Shown piece by piece: positions 20,817 through 31,583 of a DNA stretch of 59,582 nucleotides. Numbering within the stretch: the stretch's first letter is position 1; every line of letters begins with the position of its first letter. The stretch comes from a virus (Duplodnaviria > Caudoviricetes), in the IMG/VR virus record IMGVR_UViG_3300025082_000008, positions 1 through 59,582 of that record; one strand, 5' to 3'. Position numbers and translations under genes: made by a program. The notes beneath the pieces were generated by a model. That model worked only from the letters and a program-made list of their open reading frames with translations, searched no databases and was not told the origin of the DNA.

Positions 20817-22106
20817 ATGACTCCCCAAGCACAAATTAGCGAAGATATCGCTACATGCACTCCGACTCTCACAGAAGCGAGGTTCAGTAAGATCTTGATT
20901 AAGTTCTTGCTCAATGAACCTTTCTTTTCTTCTATTGTCAGGAATCTCAGAAAGGAAAAGACATATAGCATTCCAACTGCAGGTGTGACATTTATTGATG
21001 GGTCAATGTCGTTGTACTGGAATCCAGATTTTATCTCTAGTCTTAACACAAGAAAGACGTTTGGTCTGCTTAAGCATGAGTGTTATCACCTTATTTTTAG
21101 ACATCTGACGTCAAGAAAGCAAGATCCTCATCTTTTTTGGAACATTGCAACTGATCTTGCGATTAATAGCACAATTCCTGAAGATGAGTTGCCAGACGGT
21201 GGTCTGGTTCCAGGAAAGCCTCTTGAGATCAAGTCAGACTCACCGCTTCCAGACGATGTCAGAGAGCAGGCAGAAAAGATGTCAGCTTTTATTGAGTCAT
21301 TGCCACGGAATCGTGCATCTGAGTGGTACATGGAACGACTCATGGAAAATCCTGAGATTCAAGAAGCGTGCAAGACAGTTTTTGAACCGGGCGAACCGGG
21401 TGAAGGCTCAGCTGCAGGATTCGACTTTCACTTTGATGATGACATGTCTGACGGCGAGCGTGAGATGATTGATGCTCGAGTAAAGAAGATCGTTGGTGAA
21501 GCTGTTGAAAGAGCAGATAGAACTAATTCGTGGGGCTCTGCACCAAGTGAGATGAGGTCAAAGATTCGATCAATGCTCGATGACACTGTTGACTGGAAGA
21601 AGGTCTTGCATTACTTCTGCGGAACTAAGCAGAGAGCAAATAAGTCACGTACATTCAAGAGAATTAATAGAAAGTATCCTTACATTCATCCTGGTCGCAA
21701 GATTAAGCACACGTCAAATCTTGCAATTTACATCGATCAGAGCGGTAGCTGCTCTGACGACGACATCGCTATGTTCTTTGGTGCTCTGTCTGATTTCTCA
21801 AAGGAAGTCAAGTTCACAGTTTACCACTTTGACACTAGTGTTGATGAGAAAAGTAAGCATGTCTGGAGAAAGCGTCAACCGCACCGAGATCCCTATAGAA
21901 CGAGAAGCGGTGGGACTTGTTTCGATTCTGTCGAGACACACTTCAGAACAACACGTGGCGAATACGATGGATACATCATTATGACTGATGGTGCTGCTCC
22001 TAAACCAAAAAATTGTATTTCTAAGAGATGTTGGGTAGTATTACCAGGACAACAGCTTCATTTTGCACCTGAAAAGAGGGACACAGTAGTGACGATGAAG
22101 TGTTAA
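20817..22106 (+). CDS. HExxH metallopeptidase-like plus vWA domain protein (DUF2201-like), MoxR partner
   Basis: HECYH, WNIATDLAIN, MIDAS DQSGS, GGTCF and MTDG; adjacent to the MoxR ATPase. Confidence 0.85.
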   Translation: MTPQAQISEDIATCTPTLTEARFSKILIKFLLNEPFFSSIVRNLRKEKTYSIPTAGVTFIDGSMSLYWNPDFISSLNTRKTFGLLKHECYHLIFRHLTSRKQDPHLFWNIATDLAINSTIPEDELPDGGLVPGKPLEIKSDSPLPDDVREQAEKMSAFIESLPRNRASEWYMERLMENPEIQEACKTVFEPGEPGEGSAAGFDFHFDDDMSDGEREMIDARVKKIVGEAVERADRTNSWGSAPSEMRSKIRSMLDDTVDWKKVLHYFCGTKQRANKSRTFKRINRKYPYIHPGRKIKHTSNLAIYIDQSGSCSDDDIAMFFGALSDFSKEVKFTVYHFDTSVDEKSKHVWRKRQPHRDPYRTRSGGTCFDSVETHFRTTRGEYDGYIIMTDGAAPKPKNCISKRCWVVLPGQQLHFAPEKRDTVVTMKC

Positions 22107-22113
22107 GGAATTA

Positions 22114-25100
22114 ATGAAAATACTACATATCGCTGATGTGCATTGGCGAGGTCTAACAAGACACCAAGAGTATATCTTGTCTTTTAAACGGATGTTTACT
22201 AAGGCAAAAATGCTTGAGCCCGATGTAATCTATGTTGGTGGCGATATCGTCCACTCAAAAACGCAGGGTATTTCTCCTGAGTTAATAGACTGTCTTTGCT
22301 GGTGGTTTACAGAGATGGCAAAGATTGCACCAACACATGTAATTCTTGGGAATCATGACGGTCTGATACTAAACAAAGACAGACAGGATGCAATAACACC
22401 AATAATTGATGCATTAAATAATTCAAATATACACCTCTACAAAGAATCAGGGACATATGACGTAGGCATTCCAGGCTTTGAGTGGTGTGTCTTTTCGTGC
22501 TTTGATGAAGAGAGGTGGGGTACTGTTTCGCCTAGCAATGACAAGATCAGTCTTGCTCTGTATCATGGTGCAGTCCGCGGGTCTTTGACAGACACAGACT
22601 GGCAGCTCGACGGTGAAATCAACGTGTCCGCGTTTAAAGACTATGATTTTGCGCTGCTTGGCGACATTCATAAGCGACAATTCTTAAATGAAGATAAGAC
22701 AGTCGCATATTGCGGATCTACGATTCAACAAAATTATGGAGAAGACTCAGAGAAGGGATTTCTCTTTTGGGATATTCGTAGCACTGATGATTTTGATGTA
22801 GAATTTTATCAAGTTGACAATGATTACGTTTTTGCAACTGTTGACTGGAAGGGTAACGTAGAATCAACTGTCTTGGCATGTAATCAGTATCCTAACTTAA
22901 CAAGATTTAGAATTAGATCTGACAATTACATATCACAGTCAGACTCGAGAAGATTACAGAAAATCTTATCAAAGAAGAACAATGCAACAGAAGTTGTTTT
23001 TAAGATAGATACAAAACTAGAGACAGACTTTATTAACCAAGGTGGTAAAGACTCGCTTGATCTTAGAGACGTCAATGTGCATAAACGATTAATTAGTGAC
23101 TACTATGTTAGTCACAATTTAGGAACTGAAGACTCAGAAGCTTTAGACAGCATGACTGAGGAATACTTGTCAGAAGTGTTGCAAGATGAAAGAGACTTAA
23201 GAAACATAAAGTGGTCAATTAGTAAGATCAAGTTTGATAATATTTTTTCGTATGGCCCTAAGAACTATATAAATTTCGAAAATTTACCCGGAATAACTGG
23301 AATATTCGGTAAAAATGCGAAAGGGAAGTCATCAATTATTGGAACGATAGCGTACGCGCTATTCAATACTACTGATAGAGGAAGCATTAAAAATCTTCAC
23401 GTGATCAATACTAGACACAATTCATGCAAAGTAGAGATAGATTTACTGATTAATAATGTTCCGCACAGAATCATACGATCGACTGTTAAAAAACAGAGCA
23501 AGAAGGGCTATTGGGCACCTACAACGTTAAAGTTCTTCAAGCTAAATAGTCTGGGCGAGATCATAGAAGACATGACTGAGGAGCAACGAAGAGAAACTGA
23601 AAAAATAGTTAGAGGAATGATAGGAACTTCAGAAGAGTTCTTGATGACTAGTTTAGCTTCACAAGGTGAAATGAATACCTTTATAAGAGAGAAGGCTTCA
23701 CAAAGAAAGACAATTCTAACAAATTTCTTAGATTTGACAGTTTTTGATAAAATGAATGAGCTGGCCAAGAAGACATCAAATGACTTAAGAGCAGAGGCTA
23801 GACATCTTTCTGACAACAACTGGAAGAAAAGAATAGAAACACTTACAGCAGACATTTCTACACAGGAGTCTGGACTATACACCTCCCGCGAAGATATTAA
23901 GCGAACAAAAGCGTCAATTGAAATATTGACCAGGGAGCTTCATGAGTCAAGCGATTCTGTCTACGTTGACGAACAAGAGGTCAAGAACGCAGAAAAAACA
24001 CACAGGGCATCAATAACAAGAAAAGAAAACATACAAGTTGAACTAGATGAATTACGAGACAAGATATTTGACACTGAAGATAAAATTGAAAAGATAACTG
24101 ATTTTCTTACGACATTTGATATAGACGATGTTAAAGAAAAGAGAGCAGCACAGTTACAGATAGAAAAAACTTTGTATGAAGTAACAAATGACTATAATTT
24201 AGAAAAGAAAGAATTGTCAGTATTAACAAAGTCTGTTGATAAGTTAAAAGAAGTGCCCTGCGGTGATCAATTTCCAACATGTAAGTTTATTAAGGAATCA
24301 CATAAGAACAAGAAGAAGCTTCAAAGTCAGGAAGAAAAAGTTATTGTTTTAAGAACGCACATGTCTGACATTAATTCTGCATTTAAAAAGCTAGTCAGAG
24401 AAGACTATGAGAAGAAAATAGAAAAGTATAACGTAATTCTACAAAAGAAGGTGTCTCTTGTTACATCAATTTCGGAAAAAAGAGTAAAGATCAATAGTCT
24501 TGAGAATGATATCACTAATTTAACGAGGACAATAAAAGAAAAGAAAGAGAAGCTTCAAGATCTTAGCGCTCGATTTGAGAGTCAAGATGAGAATGACGCG
24601 CGCGTAGGACTAAGCAGTAGAATACAAGAAAAAAAGCGAGATTTAAATCGTTTTGATAAAAATAGAATTCAAATTATTAATAATATTGCCAATTCAAAAG
24701 CATCATTATCTGTTGCAGAGAGCCAAAAATTTGATTATGAGCGTGTGAATAAAAGCATAAGAATATTTGACTTATTCATTCAAGCAACATCGAAGAGGGG
24801 AATTCCGGTTCAAATTATTAGTACTTTGTTACCTAAGATTAACGCTGAGATCTCAAAGATCCTTAAGGGTGTGGTTGATTTCACAGTTGTCTTGGAGGCT
24901 GACCTAGATTCAAACTCAATGGACATATATATTGACTACGGTGATTCAAGGCGAATTGTTGAACTGGGATCTGGCATGGAGAAGATGTTATCATCACTAG
25001 CTATTAGAGTGGCATTAATTAATATTTCATCACTTCCAAAGACAAATATGCTGATGATCGACGAAGGGTTTGGATCACTTGATGAAACAAATCTTGAATC

Positions 25101-25242
25101 GTGTGGAAAATTATTACATTCTCTTAAGAAGTGGTTTAAGAACATTATAGTCATTTCTCACATAGATACAGTTAAAGATATTGTTGACAACACGATAGAC
25201 ATCACAAAGAAAGGTTCTGATTCACATGTCAAGAGTTTATAA
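22114..25242 (+). CDS. Fused Mre11/SbcD nuclease and Rad50/SbcC ATPase (gp47+gp46-like)
   Basis: Phosphoesterase motifs ADVH, GGD, GNHD, GDIH; then Walker A GKNAKGKSS, coiled coil, GSGME signature, Walker B MIDEG, ISH. Confidence 0.9.
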   Translation: MKILHIADVHWRGLTRHQEYILSFKRMFTKAKMLEPDVIYVGGDIVHSKTQGISPELIDCLCWWFTEMAKIAPTHVILGNHDGLILNKDRQDAITPIIDALNNSNIHLYKESGTYDVGIPGFEWCVFSCFDEERWGTVSPSNDKISLALYHGAVRGSLTDTDWQLDGEINVSAFKDYDFALLGDIHKRQFLNEDKTVAYCGSTIQQNYGEDSEKGFLFWDIRSTDDFDVEFYQVDNDYVFATVDWKGNVESTVLACNQYPNLTRFRIRSDNYISQSDSRRLQKILSKKNNATEVVFKIDTKLETDFINQGGKDSLDLRDVNVHKRLISDYYVSHNLGTEDSEALDSMTEEYLSEVLQDERDLRNIKWSISKIKFDNIFSYGPKNYINFENLPGITGIFGKNAKGKSSIIGTIAYALFNTTDRGSIKNLHVINTRHNSCKVEIDLLINNVPHRIIRSTVKKQSKKGYWAPTTLKFFKLNSLGEIIEDMTEEQRRETEKIVRGMIGTSEEFLMTSLASQGEMNTFIREKASQRKTILTNFLDLTVFDKMNELAKKTSNDLRAEARHLSDNNWKKRIETLTADISTQESGLYTSREDIKRTKASIEILTRELHESSDSVYVDEQEVKNAEKTHRASITRKENIQVELDELRDKIFDTEDKIEKITDFLTTFDIDDVKEKRAAQLQIEKTLYEVTNDYNLEKKELSVLTKSVDKLKEVPCGDQFPTCKFIKESHKNKKKLQSQEEKVIVLRTHMSDINSAFKKLVREDYEKKIEKYNVILQKKVSLVTSISEKRVKINSLENDITNLTRTIKEKKEKLQDLSARFESQDENDARVGLSSRIQEKKRDLNRFDKNRIQIINNIANSKASLSVAESQKFDYERVNKSIRIFDLFIQATSKRGIPVQIISTLLPKINAEISKILKGVVDFTVVLEADLDSNSMDIYIDYGDSRRIVELGSGMEKMLSSLAIRVALINISSLPKTNMLMIDEGFGSLDETNLESCGKLLHSLKKWFKNIIVISHIDTVKDIVDNTIDITKKGSDSHVKSL

Positions 25243-25492
25243 CGTTAGAACATACGAGGGGGCAGATACTGACAATAATAGTTTTTATTGTCAAATTTGC
25301 AAGTATCCTATTATAAGCAGAGAAGATATCTCGTCAAACAAATCGTATAAGTGTTGCAATGATTGTTATTTAACATTTATTGAGTCGAGAAAGCAAGAAT
25401 GGGCAAAAGGTTGGCGTCCAAAACAAAATAAGGTAGATAGTTATATAGAGACAAAAAATAAACTCTATCAAAAAACGAGGAGATTACTGTGA
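25226..25492 (+). CDS. Small putative zinc-finger protein
   Basis: 88 aa; CQIC...CCNDC; overlaps both neighbours. Confidence 0.6.
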   Translation: MSRVYNVRTYEGADTDNNSFYCQICKYPIISREDISSNKSYKCCNDCYLTFIESRKQEWAKGWRPKQNKVDSYIETKNKLYQKTRRLL

Positions 25493-25872
25493 ATTTTGAA
25501 GAATATAATATTTTAGGTTCAATTGTTGAGGATGTGTACGGAACAGCACGGAGCGAAGAGTCAAACGGCTCTTTCAAGATTGTTTCGAAAATAGTGGGAG
25601 AGGAAAGACTTAGAATTACTTGCATGATTATTGTTAATCTATTGAACAGGTCAGAAATGCAAAAGGAATCTTCCAAAGCAAAAGAGCAACTCGCAAAGGC
25701 GTGTAATGAACATCTTAAAGAGATAAAGAAGCAGTTTAAGTCTAATGCAGGAAGGGCACTCAAAACAAAAGAATTGGGTCATGACCAGTCCGTTGAATTA
25801 ATCAATATGTCTGTGTATTCACCAAAGGGAACGGCACTAGTCAGATGCGTGTATAATTTTGAAGCTAAGTGA
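25489..25872 (+). CDS. Hypothetical protein upstream of terminase
   Basis: 127 aa; GTG start, SD AGGAG, ATAGTTAT motif upstream. Confidence 0.6.
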   Translation: MNFEEYNILGSIVEDVYGTARSEESNGSFKIVSKIVGEERLRITCMIIVNLLNRSEMQKESSKAKEQLAKACNEHLKEIKKQFKSNAGRALKTKELGHDQSVELINMSVYSPKGTALVRCVYNFEAK

Positions 25873-27497
25873 TGGCAAAATACAACAAGCAGCTACAGGT
25901 CAAAGAAATTGTAAAGTGCGGTAAAAATCCAGAATATTTTTTTAAAAATTATCTGAAAATACAACACCCAGTAAGCGGTCTTATATCGTTTGATACTTAC
26001 GAATTCCAGGACAAGTGCATAGAAGACTTTTTGGAACATAGATTTAATGTTGTTTTAAAGTCTAGACAATTGGGAATATCAACACTTGTTGCTGCATACG
26101 CAGTTTGGATGGCGATCTTTCAGAGAGAGAAGAATATTCTCATTATTGCTACTAAACTAGCAGTTGCTCAAAACTTTATCATAAAGGTAAAGACAATGTT
26201 GAGATCTTTGCCAAAATGGCTTCTTCTTCCTGAGATCGTTGCTAACAACAAGCAGATGGTCCAGTTCAGCCATGGCTCACAGATAAAAGCAATTCCGACA
26301 TCAGAAGATGCAGGAAGATCTGAAGCACTTTCACTGTTGATAGTTGACGAAGCAGCATTCGTTAGAAACTTTGATACGATCTGGACAGGAATCTATCCAA
26401 CAATTTCAACTGGCGGCCGCGTCATTATTCTATCAACACCCAACGGTGTTGGAGGCCAGTACCATAAGTTGTACACAGATGCAGAAGCTGGTTTAAATGA
26501 ATTTAATCCAATAAAGATAATGTGGGATGAACATCCCGAACGTGGTCAGGAGTGGTTTGACGAAGTCACAAAGAATCTGTCAAAACGACAGATAGCGCAG
26601 GAGTACCTCTGCGACTTTGCAACAAGCGGAGAGACTTTTTTAGATGCATCTTCACTAGAGTGGCTTTCTACATTAGTTGAGAAGCCCATCGATAGGAAGG
26701 GAAATGATAAGAATGTATGGATTTGGAAATATCCGCTATCAGAGCATGACTACGTTCTATCTGCTGATGTCTCAAGAGGTGATTCTAAGGATTACTCTAC
26801 GTTTCACATAATTGATAATGAAACATCAGAAGTAGTTGCTGAGTATAAGGGAAAAATAAGACCTGATACATTTGCAGAGTTAATTAATGAGTTCGGCTTA
26901 ATGTATAATAATGCAATTGCCTGTCCTGAGAATAATAGCTATGGATATGCTACAATACTTAAGCTACAAGAGTTAAAGTATCCGAGGCTCTACTATAGAA
27001 AGAGAAGAGTTCCTTTGATAGGCGACTATGTTGCTCCAGCTTCTGCAGACACAGCCGGATTCAATACAAATGGTAAGACAAGATCAACAATTCTATCAAA
27101 ATTAGAAGAAGTTATTAGAAACAAACAGCTGATTATTCGTTCTTCAAGATTTTATGAAGAGTTAAAGGTGTTCACATGGAAGACAGGCAGGGCACAAGCA
27201 AAACGAGGGTTTAACGATGATCTTGTTATGAGCCTTGCAATAGGCGCTTGGCTATTTGATGCTTCATCAGACTATAGTAAAAACTCTAAAGCTTTGAACG
27301 ACGCTATATTGGGAGGGTTTCAGGTACAAAAAAGACAGTATAATGATACTCCTGCCGCAGTGTTACAGCCTGTGGGTGTATATGCTTCAAGTGCTGAGAA
27401 GGAAAATAGCGACAAGGGAAATATAGTTAAGCAAGATGTTAATAAAACTTTAGAACGTGGTAATATACCAGAAGATATGTTATGGCTTTTAAAGTAG
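25869..27497 (+). CDS. terL: Terminase large subunit (T4 gp17-like)
   Basis: KSRQLGIST Walker A variant, LIVDEAAF Walker B, STPNG coupling motif, nuclease SADVSRG...DYS...DDLVMS. Confidence 0.93.
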   Translation: MMAKYNKQLQVKEIVKCGKNPEYFFKNYLKIQHPVSGLISFDTYEFQDKCIEDFLEHRFNVVLKSRQLGISTLVAAYAVWMAIFQREKNILIIATKLAVAQNFIIKVKTMLRSLPKWLLLPEIVANNKQMVQFSHGSQIKAIPTSEDAGRSEALSLLIVDEAAFVRNFDTIWTGIYPTISTGGRVIILSTPNGVGGQYHKLYTDAEAGLNEFNPIKIMWDEHPERGQEWFDEVTKNLSKRQIAQEYLCDFATSGETFLDASSLEWLSTLVEKPIDRKGNDKNVWIWKYPLSEHDYVLSADVSRGDSKDYSTFHIIDNETSEVVAEYKGKIRPDTFAELINEFGLMYNNAIACPENNSYGYATILKLQELKYPRLYYRKRRVPLIGDYVAPASADTAGFNTNGKTRSTILSKLEEVIRNKQLIIRSSRFYEELKVFTWKTGRAQAKRGFNDDLVMSLAIGAWLFDASSDYSKNSKALNDAILGGFQVQKRQYNDTPAAVLQPVGVYASSAEKENSDKGNIVKQDVNKTLERGNIPEDMLWLLK

Positions 27498-27505
27498 GAT
27501 AATTT

Positions 27506-29545
27506 ATGGCTGATATAAAAAACAGTAGAAATTTATTTAACAGACTCACACGACTCTTTAGAAGTGGTCCAGTTGTTAAAAGAAATGTCATGTCACCTGA
27601 TGCAAAGTACACTTCATCAGCGTTCGACATGTTTCGCAAGAATCAAAGTCAAGTTTACAGCACTGCTATGTCTGCCTATGGGACATATGACAGGATGGCT
27701 AGATACAGTGATTTCAGCGAGATGGAGTACACACCAGAAATTGGCAGCGCTCTAGACATATACGCAGAAGAATCATGCTCTTCAGACGAATCCGGAAAAG
27801 TTTTGCACATCTTCACAGATAATGTAAAAATTAAACAGATACTAGAAGAACTATTTTATGACACCTTAAATATTGAATTCAATATGACGCCGTGGATTAG
27901 AAATCTTGTTAAGTATGGTGATTTCTTTTTATTCAATGATGTTAATCCAAAGTACGGTGTAATTAATGCATATCCGCTTCCAATTTCTGAGATTGAGCGA
28001 GAGGAAGGATTTGATCCGAAGGACCCAATGGCAGTACGATTCAGGTGGGTCACACAAGGAAATCAGGTCTTGGAAAACTGGCAAATTTCTCACATGAGAC
28101 TGCTGGGAAATGATGCGTTTCTTCCATACGGTTCGTCGGTATTAGAGCCCGCAAGGCGAATTTGGCGACAGCTCATTCTCATTGAAGATGCAATGTTAGT
28201 CTACAGGATAGTTCGAGCGCCAGAAAGACGAGTGTTTAAGATTGATGTAGGCAACGTCCCACCAGACGATGTGGCATCATACATGGAAAAAGCAACGTCC
28301 TCGCTTAAGAGAGCTTCAATAACAGACCACACATCCGGCAGAGTTGATCTACGCTATAATCCGTTGTCTGTTGATGAGGATTACTTTATTCCAGTAAGAG
28401 GTTCAGAGTCAGGAACAGATATTGTCTCATTGGCAGGCGGCACAATTGCAGGTGAGACAAATGATGTCGAGTACATACAGAAAAAGTTATTTGCTGCGTT
28501 AAAAATACCTAAGGCATATCTCGGATATGACGAAGGTCTAGGTGCGAAAGCCACCTTGTCTCAGGAAGATATACGATTTAGCAGGACTATAGCAAGAATT
28601 CAACGAACAATACTGTCTGAAATGAACAAGATTGCAATTGTGCATCTGTACTGCAATGGCTTCACAGATGAGGATTTGTTAGATTTTAAGCTAAAGCTAT
28701 CAAATCCATCAACAATCGCGCAACAACAAAAGCTTGAGCTGATTAAGTCTAGATTTGAAGCAGCGACATCAGCAGTAGCAGTAGAGGGAATGGTTGATAA
28801 ACTTTGGGTACAAAAAAATATTCTTCGATTGTCAGATGCAGAAGTTGCTGCAATTAAGGATGGCCTAAAGAAGGATAAGGTTATGTCGCTTGAAATTGAA
28901 GCCACGCAGATAACTGCTCCGGAAGGCCCAGAGTCTGCCATGGCCGGTGAACCAGCGCTAGGTCCCGCTATTGATATAGGCCCACCTGCAGGAGCTCCTG
29001 AGGCAGGAGTACTAGATTTTGGAGCACCAGCACTAGCTGAGACAAATTCAGTAAATGACGATGTCGTTCCAATTAGAATACAACAAAAAATTGATGACAT
29101 CGTGTCTGTGTTAGATGAAGATAATACTCCGGATAAAGAAGGTTCAGATTCTGAAATGACAGAATTTGAAGAGTTTCAAAAAGAGTATGAAATAGACTAT
29201 AAGATTAAAAGATCGAAGGCAAAAAATACTCGAAAGGCAGAGTTTGCAGATAACATGTCAAGTACTTATCAGCGAACTAGAAAACAAAATAGTGTTGATG
29301 GTATGTCAAGGCTTGGTGGCGATTTAAGGAGTTTAGTAAAGCCTAATCTAAATGAAGAAGATTTTGATATAGGAGAATACTTAGATAGTAAGATAGTTCA
29401 AAACGCACACATGACCAGCCAGATTAAATCAACTTTGAGTAAGCTGAATACACAGTTTGGTAAGGAAGAAAAACGACAAATTGTCATATCTGAGAATAAT
29501 TCATCAGAGGAAGTAAATTTAAATGAAGACACAGACGAAACATAA
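27506..29545 (+). CDS. Portal protein (T4 gp20-like) with acidic C-terminal extension
   Basis: EDAMLVYRIVRAPERRVFKIDVGNVP, EDYFIPVRG, YIQKKLFAALKIP. Confidence 0.92.
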   Translation: MADIKNSRNLFNRLTRLFRSGPVVKRNVMSPDAKYTSSAFDMFRKNQSQVYSTAMSAYGTYDRMARYSDFSEMEYTPEIGSALDIYAEESCSSDESGKVLHIFTDNVKIKQILEELFYDTLNIEFNMTPWIRNLVKYGDFFLFNDVNPKYGVINAYPLPISEIEREEGFDPKDPMAVRFRWVTQGNQVLENWQISHMRLLGNDAFLPYGSSVLEPARRIWRQLILIEDAMLVYRIVRAPERRVFKIDVGNVPPDDVASYMEKATSSLKRASITDHTSGRVDLRYNPLSVDEDYFIPVRGSESGTDIVSLAGGTIAGETNDVEYIQKKLFAALKIPKAYLGYDEGLGAKATLSQEDIRFSRTIARIQRTILSEMNKIAIVHLYCNGFTDEDLLDFKLKLSNPSTIAQQQKLELIKSRFEAATSAVAVEGMVDKLWVQKNILRLSDAEVAAIKDGLKKDKVMSLEIEATQITAPEGPESAMAGEPALGPAIDIGPPAGAPEAGVLDFGAPALAETNSVNDDVVPIRIQQKIDDIVSVLDEDNTPDKEGSDSEMTEFEEFQKEYEIDYKIKRSKAKNTRKAEFADNMSSTYQRTRKQNSVDGMSRLGGDLRSLVKPNLNEEDFDIGEYLDSKIVQNAHMTSQIKSTLSKLNTQFGKEEKRQIVISENNSSEEVNLNEDTDET

Positions 29546-30389
29546 TAAAAAAAGAAATGTGGGTATCATCTATGAGCTACTTTTAAAACATCTGGGCAAT
29601 TGTTTAATTGATGGAAATTTAACTGAGCTAAAGAAGGTTACAAAAATCTTAGAAAAAAGATTTGCTAATGGCACAGAGTTGTATAAGGAGTTCAGGTTAT
29701 TCAATGCGCTAGCACAGACAACTGCTAGTGACACGCATATCGTTGCATCTATTTTGTCAGAAGCAAAGTATGCAGCGAGAGAGTGTGATATCAAGAAGCT
29801 CAATAAAGAAAAGTCTGATCTAATTAGGGATATTAACTATAAGATTAATGATTCAGCTTTTTATTATAGGTCTATTTCTAATTATAGAGACCTTGCAACA
29901 ATTCAAATAATGCTTAATGAGTGGAGAAAGAAGCGTGGGTCAAATGTGCAAAAATTGATCGAATTTGAACAAAAAATAGGCACTTTGCTCTTACAGGATA
30001 AAAAAACTATCAACTTAGAAAATGAGATGAAAAGATTAAACGCCTCAGACTCTAGTTCGTTAATTTTAAAGATTATGACAGAAAAAATAAACAAAAAGTA
30101 TGGGTCAGACTTGAGTGAGAGCCAGAAAGAAATAATTAGAAACTATGCAATTTATTCTGAGGGTGACAAAAAAGCATTTAAACAGTATCTTACGATAAAA
30201 AAGAAAGAGGCACAGAATCTTTTAGAAAACTTTGAAGTCATAGAGAATAATAAAATTTTGATTCAGAAGGTAAGCACTGTAAGGGAAAGAATAGAAGAGC
30301 TTAAAATTGATAATATTGATGATGATTCAATAATCAAGTTTTTGACAGTGACAAAATTAATAACAGAGTTAAATCAATCAGGAGACTAA
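29523..30389 (+). CDS. Hypothetical head-module protein
   Basis: 288 aa helical protein between portal and protease; KHNKKRNVGIIYELL. Confidence 0.65.
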   Translation: MKTQTKHNKKRNVGIIYELLLKHLGNCLIDGNLTELKKVTKILEKRFANGTELYKEFRLFNALAQTTASDTHIVASILSEAKYAARECDIKKLNKEKSDLIRDINYKINDSAFYYRSISNYRDLATIQIMLNEWRKKRGSNVQKLIEFEQKIGTLLLQDKKTINLENEMKRLNASDSSSLILKIMTEKINKKYGSDLSESQKEIIRNYAIYSEGDKKAFKQYLTIKKKEAQNLLENFEVIENNKILIQKVSTVRERIEELKIDNIDDDSIIKFLTVTKLITELNQSGD

Positions 30390-30390
30390 A

Positions 30391-30996
30391 ATGAGTAGCC
30401 TTACAGTTTTAAGAGAGTGGACACCAATATCTTGCTCAAAAAAGATGCTAAAAGAGTCAAAAGAAAAATATGGTAAAGTAATGTTAAGCGGCATTATTCA
30501 AAGAGCAAATACGTTAAATCAAAACGGAAGAATCTATCCTAAGTCAATTCTAGAAAGAGAGATAATGAATTATCAGAAGCTGATTAAGGAAAATCGCGCG
30601 CTAGGCGAGTGTGATCATCCAGACTCATCTGTTGTTGAGCTAAAAAATGTTTCTCATATTGTTAGAGAAGCACGCATGGAAGGTGATGATGTTTACGGGA
30701 CTATTGAAATATTAGATACACCAAGCGGAAAGATAATACAGAGCTTGATTGAAAGTGAAATAACACTAGGGATCAGCTCAAGAGGTGTGGGTTCAACAAC
30801 ATCAAAAGGAGATTCTCAAGTTGTTCAAGATGATTTTCAGTTAATTTGTTTTGATATGGTAAGTGAGCCCAGCACTCCTGGCGCGTACATGCTTCGCGAG
30901 GGAAAGACAATCCAGAGAAAAGAGTTAGACAAATTTTTTAACAGATCAGACAAAATTGATAGAATTTTTAATGAAATATTAAGCTGGGATAAGTGA
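30391..30996 (+). CDS. Prohead core protease (T4 gp21-like)
   Basis: NQNGRIYP, ALGECDHP, VSH, GISSRGVGS, FDMVSEPSTPGA. Confidence 0.92.
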   Translation: MSSLTVLREWTPISCSKKMLKESKEKYGKVMLSGIIQRANTLNQNGRIYPKSILEREIMNYQKLIKENRALGECDHPDSSVVELKNVSHIVREARMEGDDVYGTIEILDTPSGKIIQSLIESEITLGISSRGVGSTTSKGDSQVVQDDFQLICFDMVSEPSTPGAYMLREGKTIQRKELDKFFNRSDKIDRIFNEILSWDK

Positions 30997-31514
30997 TGAA
31001 GCTAGATAAACAGGCACTTAAGACTATTGTTAAAGAATGTTTGGTTGAGATATTAGCTGAAGGAATAGTTGCACCTGACCGCGGAAAGTCGTCAAGAAAA
31101 AAGAGAGCGCTATCTGAGGCAATTCAGGCTAGAAGCGAAAAAAGTCGCTCAATTGAGGGTCTCGGTGTGTCAAATGATACACGAAGAACCCGCGCTGATC
31201 CTGTGCGAAAGCCCAGCTATCTTGATAGTATTAGGTTTGGTGATGAAAATGGCGCCAGTGAACAAACAACAAGGCACAGCCAAGCAGTTTCTAATGTGAC
31301 TAAGTCAATAACAAAAGACCCGCTGATGCAGGAACTGTTGGCAGACACAGCAAATACAACCCTGCAAGAGCAAGTTTCAGCTGAGGGCTCTGGTGCTAGA
31401 TCTGCTGTATTGTCAAAACCTGCTGATGAGGCAGCCGCGATTGTGAGACAAAATGAGCCTGAAGATATTTTTGGCGAATCTGCAAAAAATTGGGCGACTT
31501 TAGCGTTTAGTTGA
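30993..31514 (+). CDS. Hypothetical head-associated protein
   Basis: 173 aa; MKLDKQALKTIVKECLVEILAEG; overlaps the protease stop. Confidence 0.65.
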   Translation: MMKLDKQALKTIVKECLVEILAEGIVAPDRGKSSRKKRALSEAIQARSEKSRSIEGLGVSNDTRRTRADPVRKPSYLDSIRFGDENGASEQTTRHSQAVSNVTKSITKDPLMQELLADTANTTLQEQVSAEGSGARSAVLSKPADEAAAIVRQNEPEDIFGESAKNWATLAFS

Positions 31515-31583
31515 TATTTAAGTTGAAATATATCTTGTGAAGTTATAATTAATCTTGATCGCATTATTTGAGGAGGAATAATC

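Noticed and set aside
25489-25872. Terminase small subunit
   Set aside because: Position fits, but I see no sequence motif that supports the call
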